DNA of 64,000 nt from the human T2T-CHM13v2.0 reference genome, Homo sapiens. Below, one piece after another: positions 13,571 through 28,500 of this stretch. How positions within the stretch are numbered: position 1 is the first letter of the stretch; every line of letters starts with the position of its first letter. The DNA is taken from assembly GCF_009914755.1 (NCBI RefSeq), contig NC_060931.1; one strand, given 5' to 3'. Position numbers and translations under genes: made by a program. The notes beneath the pieces were generated by a model that searched no databases, was not told where the DNA came from, and worked only from the letters and a program-made list of their open reading frames with translations.

Positions 13571-16500
13571 ATGAAATCATTCAGAATGGAATGGAATCGA
13601 ATGGATTGGTATAGAATGGAATGGTATGGAAAGGAATCACCCCGAATGGAATGGAATGGAATGGAATGGAATATGATGGAATGGAATGGTGTGGAATCAC
13701 CTGGAATGGAATTGAATGGAATGGAATGCAAGGTAATGTAATGTAAGGAATGGAATTGAACGGAATGGATCGGAGTCAAAACCAGAGGTAAGGAATGTAA
13801 TGTAATATAATGGAATGGAATGGATTGTGTTGGAATGGAATGCAATGGAATGGAATGGAATCAACCCGAATGGAACGGAATGGATTGGAATCAAATTGAA
13901 TGGAATCAATCCGAATGGAATGGAATGGAATTGAGTGGAATGGAATCAACCCATGTGGAATGGAATGGAATGGAATGGAATGGAATTGTGTTGAATTCAC
14001 TGGAAGAGAATTGAATGATATGGAATGGAATGGAATGGAATGAACCCGAGTGTAATGGAATGGAATGGAATGGAATGGAATGGAATGGAATGGAATGCAA
14101 TGAAATGAAATGGAATGGAATGGACACAACACGAGTGGAATGGAATGGAGTGGAACAGAATGGAATGGAATGGAATCCACCAGAGTGGAATTTAATGAAA
14201 TGGTATGGAATAAAATGGAATGGAAGTGAATAAACGCGAGTGGAATGGATTGGAATGGAATGGAAGGAATGGAATGGAATGGAATGGAATAGAGTGGATT
14301 CAAGCCGAGTGGAAAGGAATGGAATGGAATGGAATGGAATGGAATGGAATGGAATGGAATGGAATGGAATCAACCCGTGGGGAATGCAATGGAATAGAAT
14401 GGAATGGAATGGAATGGAAAGGAATGGAATGGAGTGGAGTGAAATCAAACCGAGTGGAATGGAATGGAATGGAATGGAATGGAATGGAATGGAATGGAAT
14501 CAACCCGAGTGGAATGGAATGGGATGGAATGGAATGCAATGGAATGTAATGGAATGGAATGGAGTGGAACGGAATGGAAGGGAATCTACAGGAATGGAAT
14601 GCAATGGAATGGAAAGAAAGGGAATGGTGTGGAATAGTATGGAATGGACTGCAATGGATTGCAATGAAATGGAATGGAATGGAATCAACCCGATTGGAAT
14701 GGAATGCAATGGAATGGAATGGAATGGAATGCAATGTAATGGAATCATTCCCAGTGGAATGGAATGTAATCGAATGGAATGGAATGGAATGGAAATCAAT
14801 GGAATGGAAGCAAACCGAATGCAATGGTATGGAATTGAAAGGAATCCACCCAAGTGGAGTGGAATGGAATGGAATGGAATGGAATGGAATGGAATGGAAT
14901 AAATCCCAGTGGAATGGAATGGAATTTAATGCAATGGAATGCAATGGAATGGAATGGAGTGAAATGGAATAACCCCGAGTGGAATGGAATGGAATAAAAA
15001 GAAATGGAATGGAACGGAACGGAACGGAATGGAATGGAATGGAATGGAATATAATGGTATAGAATGGAATGGAAGGAAATGGAATCAACCTGAGTGGACT
15101 GCAATGGCATGGAATGGAATGTAACTTAATGGAATGGAATCACCCGAGTGGAATGGAATGGAATGGAACGGGAAGGAATGGAATGGAATGGAATCAACCA
15201 TATTGGAATGGAATGGAATGGAATGGATTGGAATGGAACGGAATGGAAACAACTGGAATGGAATGCAATGGAATGGAATGGTATGGATTGGAATCTAATG
15301 GAATGGAATGGAATGGAATGGAAAGGATTCAACCCGAGTGGAACGGAATGGAATGTAATTTAATGGAATGGAATGGAATTTAAGAGAATAAGCCCGAGTG
15401 TAATGGAATGGAATTGAATGGAATGGAGTTGAATGGAATGGAATGGAATCTAATGGAATGGAATTGAATGGAATGGAATGGAATGAAAACAACCCGAGTG
15501 GAATGGAATGGAATTGAATGGAATGGAATCAACCCTATTTCAGTGGTATGTAATGAAATGGAATGGAACGGAATCATCCTGAGTGGAATGCAATGGAACA
15601 GAATGGAATGGAATAGAATGGAATGGAATGGAATGGAAAGGAATGGAATCCACCCGAGTGGAAAGGAATGGAATAGAATGGAATGGAATGGAATGGAATG
15701 GAATGCAATGGAATCAACCCTAATAGAATGGAATGGAAAGGAATGGAATGGAATGGAATGGAACGGAAAGTAACGGATTGGAATGGAATGGAATGGAATG
15801 GCATGGAATTTAACGGAAAGGAATTAAATCAACCAGCATGATATGGAATGGAATGGAATGGAATGCAATAGAATATAATGTAATGTAATAGAATGGAATG
15901 GAATGGAAACAACCCAAGTGAAAGGGAATGGAATGGAATGGAATGGAATGGAATGAAATCAACCCGTGGGGAATGGAATGGAATGGAATGGAAGGGAACG
16001 GAATGGAATGGATTGCAAAGGAATTGAAGGGAATCAACCCGAGGGGAATGGAATGGAATGGAATGGATTGGAACGGAACCGAACGGAATGGAATGGAATG
16101 GACTGGAACAGAACGGAATGGAATGTAATGCAATGGAAAGGAATGGAATCAACCACAGTGGAATAGAATGGAATTGATTGTAACGGAATGCAAAGGAATG
16201 GAATAGAGTGAAATGGAATCACCCCGTGTGGAATGTAATGTAATAGAATGGAATGGAACGGAACGGAATGGAACAGAATGGAATGGAACGGAATGGAATG
16301 GAATGGAATAGAATGGAATTGAAAGGAATGGAATCAACGCGAGTGGAATGCAATAGAATGGAATGGAATGGAATTTAATAGAATGGAATCACCCGACTGG
16401 AATGGAATGGAATGGAATGGGAAGGAATGGAAAGGGATGGAATCAACCCTATTAGAATGGAATGGAATGGAATGCAGTGGAATGGAATGGAATGGAAACA

Positions 16501-19500
16501 ACTGGAATAGAATGCAATGGAGTGGAATGGAATGGATTGGAATGGAATGGAATGGAATGGAATGCAAAGGAATAGAGTGGAATGGTATGGATTCAACCCG
16601 AGTGGAATGGAATGGAATGGAATTTAATGGAATGGAATGGAATTTAATAGAATCAGCACGAGTGGAATGAAATGGAAAGGAATGGAGTTGTCTGGAATGG
16701 AATGGAATGGAACTGAATCGAATGGAATGGAATGGAATGGAATGGAATGGAATGGAATGGAGTGGAATGAAAACAACGCGAGTGGGAAGGAATGGAATGG
16801 AATGGAATGGAATGGAGTGGAATGGAATGGAATGGAACTGAATCTAATGGAATGGAATGGAATGGAATGGAATGGAGTGGAATGAAAACAACGCGAGTGG
16901 GAAGGAATGGAATGGAATGGAATGGAATGGAGTGGAATGGAATGGAATCAATCCAAGTGCAATGGTATGTAATGGAATGGAATGGAACAGAATCAACCTG
17001 AGTGGAATGGAATGGAATAGAATGTAATGGAATGGAATGGAATGGAATGGAATGGAATGGAATGGAATGGAATGGATTGGAAAGGAATGGAATCCACCCG
17101 AGTGGAATGGAATGGAATAGAATGGAATGGAATGGGACGGAATGGAATGGAATCAACCCGAAAAGAATGGAATGGAATGGAATGGAATGGAATGGAATGG
17201 AATGGAATGGAATGGAAAGTAACGAATGGAATGGAATGGAATGGCATTGAATGGAATGGAAAGGAATTGAATCAACACGAATGATATGGAATGGAATGGA
17301 ATGGAATGCAATGCAATATAATGTAATGGAATGGAATGGAATGGAATGGAATGGAATGGAATGGAATGGAAAGGAGTGGAGTGAAATCAACCCGACTGGA
17401 ATGGAAAGGAATGGAATGGAATAGAGTGGAATGGAATGGAATCAACCAGAGTGGACTGGAATGAGATGGAGTGGAAGGTAATGGAATGGAATGGAATCGA
17501 GTGGAATGGAATGGAAGGGAATCAACAGGAAAGGAATGCAATGGAATGGCATGAAAGGGAATGGTGTTGAATGGAATGGAATGGATTGCAATGGATAGGA
17601 ATGTAATGGAATGGAATGGAATCAACCCGAGTGTAATGGAATGAAATGTAATTTAATGGAAAGGGATGGAATGGAATCAACCCCTGTGGAATGGAATGCA
17701 ATGGAATGGAATGGAATAGAATGCAACGGCATGGAGTCAACAAGAGTGGAATGTAATGTATTGTAATGGAATGGAATGGAAGCAAACGGAATGCAATGGA
17801 ATGGAATGAAAAGGAATCAACCCGAGTGGAAAGGAATGGAATGGAATGGAATTCAATGGAAAGGAACGGAATCAACCAGAGGGGAATGGAATGGAATGTA
17901 ATGTAATGGAATGGAATGGTATCGAATGGAATGGAATGGAATGGAATGGTATAAAACCGAGTGGAATGGCTATGAATGGAATGGAATGGAATGGAATGGA
18001 ATGGAATGGAATGGAATGGAATGGAATGAAATCAACCCGTGGGGAATGGAATGGAATGGAATGGAAGGGAATGGAATGGAATGGAATGCAAAGGAATTGA
18101 ATGGAATCAACCCGAGGGGAATGGAATGGAATGGAATGGATTGGAACGGAACGGAACGAAATGGAATGGAATGGAATGGAACAGAACGGAATGGAATGTA
18201 ATGCAATGGAAAGGAATGGAATCAACCCAAGTGGAATAGAATGGAATTGATTGCAACGGAATGCAAAGGAATGGAATGGAGTGAAATGGAATCACCCCGA
18301 GTGGAATGTAATGGAATAGAATGGAATGGAACGGAACGGAATGGAACAGAATGGAATGGAACGGAACGGAATGGAATGGAATGGAATGGAATAGAATGGA
18401 ATGGAAAGGAATGGAATCAACGCGAGTGGAATGCAATGGAATGGAATGGAATGGAATTTAATAGAATGGAATCACCCGACAGGAATGGAATGGAATGGAA
18501 TGGGAAGGAATGGAATGGGATGGAATCAACCCTATTAGAATGGAATGGAATGGAATGGAAAGGAGTGGAATGAAAACAAAGCGAGTGGAAAGGAATGGAA
18601 TGGAATGGAATGGAATGGATTGGAAAGGAATGGAATCCACCCGAGTGGAATGGAATGGAATAGAATGGAATGGAATGGGACGGAATGGAATGGAATCAAC
18701 CCGAAAAGAATGGAATGGAATGGAATGGAATGGAATGGAATGGAATGGAATGGAATGGAAAGTAACGAATGGAATGGAATGGAATGGCATGGAATGGAAT
18801 GGAAAGGAATTGAATCAACCCGAATGACATGGAATGGAATGGAATGGAATGCAATGGAATATAATGGAATGGAATGGAATAGAATGGAATGGAATGGAAT
18901 GGAGTGAAATCAACCCGACTGGAATGGAAAGGAATGGAATGGAATAGAGTGGAATGGAATGGAATCAACCAGAGTGGACTGGAATGAGATGGAGTGGAAG
19001 GTAATGGAATGGAATGGAATTGAGTGGAATGGAATGGAAGGGAATCAACAGGAAAGGAATGCAATGGAATGGCATGAAAGGGAATGGCGTTGAATGGAAT
19101 GGAATGGAATACAATGGATAGGAATGTAATGGAATGGAATGGAATCAACCCGAGTGTAATGGAATGAAATGTAATTTAATGGAAAGTGATGGAATGGAAT
19201 CAACCCCTGTGGAATGGAATGCAATGGAATGGAATGTAATGGAATGCAAAGGTATGGAATCAACAAGAGTGGAATGTAATGTAATGTAGTGGAATGGAAT
19301 GGAAGCAAACGGAATGCAATGGAATGGAATGAAAAGAAATCAACCCGAGTGGAAAGGAATGGAATGGAATGGAATGCAATGGAAAGGAACGGAATCAACC
19401 AGAGGGGAATGGAATGGAATCGAATGGAATGGAATGGAATGGAATGGAATAGTATAAAACCGAGTGGAATGGCTATGAATGGAATGGAATAGAATGGAAT

Positions 19501-22500
19501 GGAATGGAATGGAATGGAATCCAAAGGAATTCAATGGAATCCACCCGAGTTGAATGGAATGGAATGGAATGGAATGGAAAGGAATGGAATCAACCCCAGT
19601 GAAATGGAATGGAAATGAATGCAATGGAAAGCAAAGGAATGAAATGGAGTGAAATGGATTCACCCCGAGTGGAATGGAATGGAATAGAATGGAATGGAAT
19701 GGAACAGAACGGGTCGGAATGGAATGGAATGGAATGCAATGGAATGGAATAGATTGGAATGGAAAGGAATGGAATCAACACGGGTGGAATGGAATGGAAT
19801 GGAATGCAGTGGAATGGAATTTAATGGAATGGAATCACCTGAGTGGAATGAAAAGGAATGGAATGGGAAGGAATGGAATGGAATGGAATCAGCACTATTG
19901 GAATGGAATGGAATGGAGTGGAATGGAATGGAATGGAAAAAACTGGAGAGGAATGCAATGAAATGGAATGGAATGGACTGGAACGGAATGGAATGGAATG
20001 GAATGGAATGGAATGGAATGGAATGGAATCAACCCTGCTGGAACGGAATGGTATGGAATTTAATGGAATGGAATGGAAGTTAATAGAATCAACCCTAGTG
20101 GAAAGGAATGGAATGTAATGGAATTTAATGGAATAGAAACAACCGAAGTGGAAATGAAAGGAATGGAATGGAATTGAATGGAATGCAATGGAAGGGGATG
20201 GAATAAACCCGAATGCAATGGAATGGAATGGAATGGAATGGAATGGAATGGAATGGAATGGAATGGAATGGAATGGAACGGAATAAAAACGAGTGGAAAG
20301 GAATGGAATGGAATGGGACAGATTGGAATGGAATCAACCCGAGTGGAATGGAATGGAATAGAAATGAACATAAAGGAATGGAATGGATTGGAATGAAATG
20401 GCATGGAAGGGAATGGAAACGAAAGTAATCAACCCGAGTGGATTGGAATGGAATAGAATGGAATGGAAAGGAGTGGAATCAACACGAGTAGAATGGAATG
20501 GAATGGAATGGAATGGAATTTAATGAAATGGAATCACCTGAGTGGAATGGAAAGGAATGGAATGCGAAGGAATGGAATTTAATGGAATCAGCACTATTGG
20601 AATGGAATGGAATGTAATCAGCACTATTGGAATGGAATGGAATGGAGTGGAATGGAATGGAATGGAAATAACTGGATTGGAATGCAATGGAATGGAATGG
20701 AATGGATTGAAACGGAATGGAATGGAATGGAATGTTATGGATTGGAATGGAAAGGAATGGGATGGAATGGAATGGAATCAACCCTAGTGGAAAGGAATGG
20801 TATGGAATTTAATGGAATGGAATGGAATGGAATAGAATCAACCCGAGTGGAAAGGAATGGAATGGAATGGAATTTAATGGAATGGATTGGAAAGGAATGG
20901 AATCCACCCGAGTGGAATGGAATGGAATAGAATGGAATGGAATCAACCCGAAAAGAATGAAATGGAATGGAATGGAATGGAATGGAATGGAATGGCATGG
21001 AATGGAATGGAAAGGAATTTAATCAACCCGAATGATATGGAATGGAATGGAATGGAATGCAGTGGAATATAATGTAGTGTAATGGAATGGAATGGAATGG
21101 AAAGGAATGGAATGGAGTGAAATCAACCCGAGTGGAATGGAAAGGAATGGAATGGAATGGAATGGAGTGGAATGGAATGGAATCAACCCGAGTGGACTGG
21201 AATGGGATGGAATGGAAGGCAATGAATTGGAATGGAATCGAGTGGAATGGAATGGAAGGGAATCAACAGGATTGGAATGCAATGGAAAGGCATGAAAGGG
21301 AATGGTGTTGAATGGAATGGAATGGAATGCAATGGATAGGAATGGAATGGAATGGAATCAACCCGAGTGTAATGTAATGAAATGTAATTCAATGCAATGG
21401 AATGGAATGGAATCAACCCATGTGGAATGGAATGCAATGGAATGGAATGGAATGAAATGGAATGCAATGGAATGGAATCAACCCAAGTGGAATGTAATGG
21501 AATGGAATGGAATGGAATGGAATGGAATGGAATGGAATGGAAAGGAATGGAAACAACCCCAGTGAAATGGAATGGAATTGAATGCAATGGAATGCAATGG
21601 AATGAAATGGAGTGAAATGGAATCACCCCGAGTGGAATGGAATGGAATAGAATGGAATGGAATGGAACGGAATGGATCGGAACGGAATGGAATGGAATGG
21701 AATGCAATGGAATGGAATAGAATGGAATGGAAAGGAATGGAATCAACCCGCGTGTAATGTAATGACATGTAATTCAATGGAATGGAATGGAATGGAATCA
21801 ACCCGTGTGGAATGGAATGCAATGGAATGGAATGCAATGGAATGGAATGGAATGGAATGCAATGGAATGGAATCAACCCGAGTGGAATGGAATGGAATGG
21901 AATGGAATGGAATGGAAGCAAACCGAGTGCAATGGAATGGAATGAAAAGGAATCAACCCGAGTGGAAAGGAATGGAATGGAATGGAATGCAATGGAAAGG
22001 AATGGAATCAACCGGAGGGGAATGGAATGGAATGGAATGGAATGGAATGGAATGGAATGGAATGGAATGCAATGGAATGGTATCAAAGCGAAATGAATTG
22101 AATTGAATGGAAGGGAATGAAATGGAATGGAACGGAATGGAATCAACCACAGTGGAATGGAGTGGAATGGAATGGAATGGAATGGAATGGAAAAGAATGG
22201 TATAAACCCGAGTGGAATGGCTAAGAATGGAATGGAATGGAAATGAATGGAATGGAATCCAAAGGAATTCAATGGAATCCACCAGAGTGGAATGGAATGG
22301 AATGGAATGGAATGGAATGGAATGGAATGGAAAGGAATGTAAACAACCCCAGTGAAATGGAATGGAATTGAATGCAATGGAATGCAATGGAATGAAATGG
22401 AGTGAAATGGAATCACCCCGAGTGGAATGGAATGGAACGGAATGGTTCGGAATGGAATGGAATAGAATGGAATGGAAAGGAATGGAATCAACACGAGAAG

Positions 22501-25500
22501 AATGGAATGGAATGGAATGGAATTTAATGGAATGGAATCACCTGAGTGGAATGGAAAGGAATGGAATGGGAAGGAATGGAATGGAATGGAATCAGCACTA
22601 TTGGAATGGAATGGAATGGAGTGGAATGGAATGGAATGGAAACAACTGGAGTGGAATGCAATGGAATTGAATGGAATGGATTGGAACGGAATGGAATGGA
22701 ATGGAATGCTATGGATTGGAATGGAATGGAAAGGAATAGAATGGAATCAACCCTACTGGAATTGAATGGTATGGAATTTAATGGAATGGAATGGAATTTA
22801 ATAGAATCAACCCGAGTGGAAAGGAATGGAATGTATTGGAATTTAATGTAATCGAAACAACGCGAGTGGAAACGAAAGGAATGTAATGGAATGGAATGGA
22901 ATGGAAAGGAATGGAATGGAAGGGAATGGAATAAACCGGAATGCAATGGAATGGAATGGAATGGAATGGAATGGAATGGAACGGAACAAAAACGAGTGGA
23001 ATGGAATGGAATAGAATGGAATGGAATGGAAAGGAATGGAATGGAATCAACCCGAGTATAAAGGAATGGAATGCAATGGAATGGAAATGAACATAAAGGA
23101 ATGGAATGGATTGGAATGAAATGGCATGGAATGGAATGGAAACGAATGGAATCAACCCGAGTGGATTGGAATGGAATAGAATGGAATGGAAAGGAATGGA
23201 ATCAACACGAGTAGAATGGAATGGAATGGAATGGAAGGGAATGGAATGGAATTGAATTTAATGGAATGGAATCACCTGAGTGGAATGGAAAGGAATGGAA
23301 TGGGAAGGAATGGAATTTAATGGAATCAGCACTATTAGAATGGAATGGAATGTAATCACCACTATTGGAATGGAATGGAATGGAGTGGAATGGATTGGAA
23401 TGGAAACAACTGGAGTGGAATGCAATGGAATGGAATGGAATGAATTGGAATGGAATGGAATGGAATGGAATGCTATGGATTGGAATGGAATGGAATGGGA
23501 CGGAATGGAATGGAATCAACCCTAATGGAACGGAATGGTATGGAATTTAATGGAATGGAATGGAATGGAACAGAATCAACCCGAGTGGAAAGGAATGGAA
23601 TAGAATGGAATTTAATGGAATCAATACAACCCGAGTGGAAAGGAAAGGAATGGAATGGAATGGAATGGAATGGAATGGAATAGAATGGAATGGAATGGAA
23701 TGGAATGGAATAAACCCGAGTGGAATGGAATGGAATGGAATAGAATGGAATGGTATGGAATGGAATGGAAACGAATGGAATCAATACGAGTGGAATGGAA
23801 TGGAACAGAATGGGATGGAATGGAACGGAATGGAATGAAATCCACCCGAGTGGAATGGAATGTAATGGAATGGAATGGAAATGAACATACGGAATGGAAT
23901 GGTTTGGAATGAAATGGCATGGAATGGAATGGAAACGAATGGAATCAACCCGAGTGGAATGGAATGGAATAGAATGGAATGGAATGGAATGGAATGGAAT
24001 GGAATGGAATGGAATCAAACCGTGTGAAATAGAATGGAATGGAATGGAATGCAAAGGAATGGAATGGAATCTACCGAAAGGAAAGGAATAGAATGGAATG
24101 GAATGGAGTGGAATGGAATGGAATGGAATGAAATGGAACGGAATCAACCAGAGTGGAATGGAAAGGAATGGGAGGAATCAACCCGAGTGGAGTGGAATGG
24201 AATGGAATGGGATGGAAGCAACCCGAGTGGATTGGAATGGAATGAAAAGGAATGGAATGGAATGGAATGGAATGGAATGGGATGAAAGCAACACGAGTGG
24301 AATGGAATGGAATGCAATGGAATGGAATGGAATGGAATTGAAAGGAATTGAATGGAATCAATTGGAATGAAATGGAATGGAATTGAAGGGAATTCAATGG
24401 AATGGATTGAAATCAACCTGAGTGGAATGGAATGGAATGGAATGGAACGGAACGGAATGGAATGGAATGGAAAGGGATGAAATGGAATGGAATGGAATGG
24501 AATGGAATCAATTGGATTGGAATGGAATGGAATCAACCCGAAGGAAATGGAAGAGAATGGAATGGAATGGAATTAAATGGAATGGATTGGAATGGAGTGC
24601 AATGGAATGGAGTCAACCCGATTGGAATGGAAAGGAATCCATTGGAATGGAAAGGAATGGAATGGAATGGAATGGAATGGAATGGAATGGAATGGAATGG
24701 AATGGAATCATCCGGAGTGGAAAGGAATGGAATGGAATCAAATGAAATGGAATGTAATTGAATAGATTGGACTTTAATGGAATCAACCTGACTGGAATGG
24801 TATGCAATGGAATGGAATGGAGTGGGATGGAATGTAATGAAATTTAATGGAATCAACCCGAGTTGAATGGAATGGAATGGAATGGAATGGTATGGAATGG
24901 AATGGAATGCAATGCAATTGAATGGAATGGAATGAAATGGCATAGAATGGAATGGAAAGGAATGGAACCAACCCGAGTGAAATGGAATGCAATGTAATGG
25001 AATGCAATGGAATATAATAAAATTTAGTGGAATGGAATGGAATGGAATCAACCCGAGTGGAATGGAATGGAATGGAATGGAATGGAATGGAATGGATTGG
25101 AATGGAAAGGAATGGAATGCAGTGGAGTGAAATCAAACCGAGTGGAATGGAATGGAATGGAATGGAATCAACCTGAGTGGAATGGAATGGAGTGGAATAG
25201 AATGTAATGCAATCAACAGGAATGGAATGCAATGGAATGGAATGAAAGGGAATGGAGTTGAATGGATTGGAATGGAATGCAATGGATTGGAATGGAATGG
25301 AATGGAACGGAATCAATCCGAGATTAATGGAATGAAATAGAATTTAATGGAATGGAGTGGAATGGAATCAACCCGAGTGGAATGGAATGGAATGGAATGG
25401 AATGGAATGGAATGAAATGCAATAGAATGGAATCAAAACGAGTGGAACGGAAAGGAATGGAAGGGAATGGCATGGAATGGAATGGAATGGAAAGGAATCA

Positions 25501-28500
25501 ACCTGAGTCGAATGGAATGCAATGGAATGGAATGCAATCAACCCGAGTAGAATGGAACGGCATGGAATGGAATGGATTGGAATGGAATAGAATTTAAAGG
25601 AATGGAATGAAATCAACCTGAGAGGAATGGAATGGAATGAAACCGAGTGGAATAGAATGGAATCGAATGGAGTGGAATGGAATCAACCCGATTGGAACGG
25701 AATTGAATGGAATGGAATTTAATGGAATGCAATGGAATGGAACAAATCCGAATGGAATGGAATGGAATATAATGGAATGGAATCAACCCGAATGGAATGG
25801 AATGGAATGCAATGCAATGGAATGGAATACAATGGAAAAGAATGGAATGGAATCTACCATAATGGTATGGAATGGAATGGAATGGAATGGAATGGAATCA
25901 TCCCGATTGAAATGGAATAGAATGGAATGGAATGAAATGGAATGGAATGGAATGGAATGGAATGGAATGGAATGGACTCAACCCGAGTGGAATGGAAAGA
26001 ATTGGAATGGAATGGAATGGAATGAAGACGACAGCAATGAAATGGAATGAAATGGAATGTAATGAAATAGAATGGAATGTAATCAAACAGAGTGCAACCG
26101 AATGGAATGGAATGGAATGGAATGGAATGGAATGGAATGGAATGGAATGGAATCAACCCGAGTGGAATGGAATAGAATGGAATGGAAAGGAATGGTATGG
26201 AAAGGAATGGAATCAACCCGAGTGGAATGGAATAGAATGGAATGGAATGGAATCAAGCACAGTGGAATGGAATGGAATGAAATGAAATGGCATGGAATGG
26301 AATGGAATAAACCCAAGATGAATGGAATGGAATGGAATGGAATGGAATGGAATGGAATCGAATCGAATTGTGTGGAATGGAATGGAATGGAATGGAATGG
26401 AATGGAATGGAATGGAATGGAATGCAGAGGAATGGAATGGAATCAACCCGAGTGGAGGGGAATGGAATGGAATGGAATGGAATGGAAAGGAATGGAATCA
26501 ACTGGAGTGGAATGGAATGGAATTGAATGCACTGGAATGCAATGTAATGGAATGGAATGAAATGGGATCACACCAAGGGGAATGGAAGGGAATACAATGG
26601 AATTGAATGGAGCGGAACGGATCGGAATGGAATGGAATGGAATACGATGGGAAGAAATTTAATCAACATGAGTGGAATGGAATGGAATGGAATGGAATGG
26701 AATAGAATGGAATGGAATAGAATTTAATGGAATTCAATCACCCAAGTGGAATGGAATGGAATGGAATGGTAAGTTGTTGAATGGAATGGAATCAACCCGA
26801 ATGGAATGGAAAGGAATTTAATGGAATGTAATGGAATGGAATAGAATCAACCTCAGTGGAATGGAATGTCATGGAATGGAATGGAATGGAATGGAATGGA
26901 GTGGAATGGAATTGAATCTAATGGAGTGGAATGAAATGGAATTGAATGGAATGGAATGGAAACAACCCCAGTGGAAAGGAATGGAATGGAATTGAATGGA
27001 ATGTAATGGAATGGAATGGAAACAACCCCAGTGGAAAGAAATGGAATGGAATATAATGGAATGGAATGGAATCAACCCGAGTGCAATGGAATGGAATGGA
27101 ATGGAAACAACCCGAGTGGAATGGAATGGAATAGAATGGAATGGAACGCAATGGAATGGAAAGGAATGGAATCAACCCGAGTGGAATGGAATGGAATAGA
27201 ATGGAATGGAATGTAACGGAATGGAATGGAATCAACCCGAGTGGAATGGATTGGAAAGGAATTGCATGCATTGGAATGGAAGGAATGGATTGAAATGGAA
27301 TGAAATGGAATGGAATGGAATCAAATCGAGTAGAATGGAATGGAATGGAAGGGAATCAACCCGAATGAAATGGAATGGAATGGAATGGAATGGAATGGAA
27401 TGGAATGGAATGGAATGGAATGGAATTAAATGGAATGGAATGGAATGGAATGGAATGGAATGGAGTGGAATGCAACGGAGTCCACCCGAGTGGATTGGAA
27501 AGGAATGGTTTGGAATGGAATGGAATGGAATGGAATGGAATGGAATGGAGTCATCCAGAGTGGAAAGAAATGGAATGGAATGGAATGGAAAGGAAAGGAA
27601 TGGAATGGAATCAACTGGAATGAAATGGAATGGAAAGGATTGGAATGGAAAGCAATCAAACCGTCTGGAATGGAATGCAATGGAATGGAATGGAGTGGAA
27701 TGGAATGCAATGGAATTTTATGTAATCAACCCAAATGGAATGGAATGGAATGGATTGGAATGGAATGGAATGGAATGGATTGGAATGAAATGGAATCACC
27801 CCTAGTGGAATGGAATTGAATAGAATGAAATGCAATGGAACTTAATGGAATGGAAAGGAACGGAATGGAATAGAATGGAATGGAAAGGAATGGAATCAAC
27901 ACGAGTGGAATGGAATGGAATTTAATGGAATGGAACCACCCGAGTGGAATGGAATGGAATGGAATGGGAAGGAATGGAATGGGATGGAATCAACCCGATT
28001 GGAATGGAATGGAATGGAATGGAATGGAGTGGAATGGAATGGAATGGAAACAACTGGAATTGAATGCAAGGGAATCGAATTGAATGGATTGGAATGGAAT
28101 GGAATGGAATGGAATGCTATGGAATGGAATGGAATGGAAAGGAATCAACCCGAATGGAATGGAATGTTATGGAATTTAACGGAATGGAATGGATTGGAAT
28201 GGAATGGAATGGAATGGAATGGAATGGAAACAACCCGAATGAAAAGGAGTGAAATGGAATGGAATGGAATGGCATGGAATGGAATCAACCCGAGTGCAAT
28301 GGAATGGAATGGAATGGAATGGAATGGAACAGAATTAACCCGAGTGTAATGGAATGGAATAGAATGGAATGGAATGGAATGGAAAGGAATGGAATGGAAT
28401 GGAATGGAATGGAATGGAATGAAATTGACTGGAATGGAATGGAATCAACCAGAGTGGAATGGAATGGAATGGAATGGAAACAGCTGGAATAGGATGCAAT

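Noticed and set aside
13000-14100. Fold-back chimeric-read artefact or palindromic duplication at junction 1
   Set aside because: Mirror identity is only 14 bp, and the variant nodes on the two sides differ.
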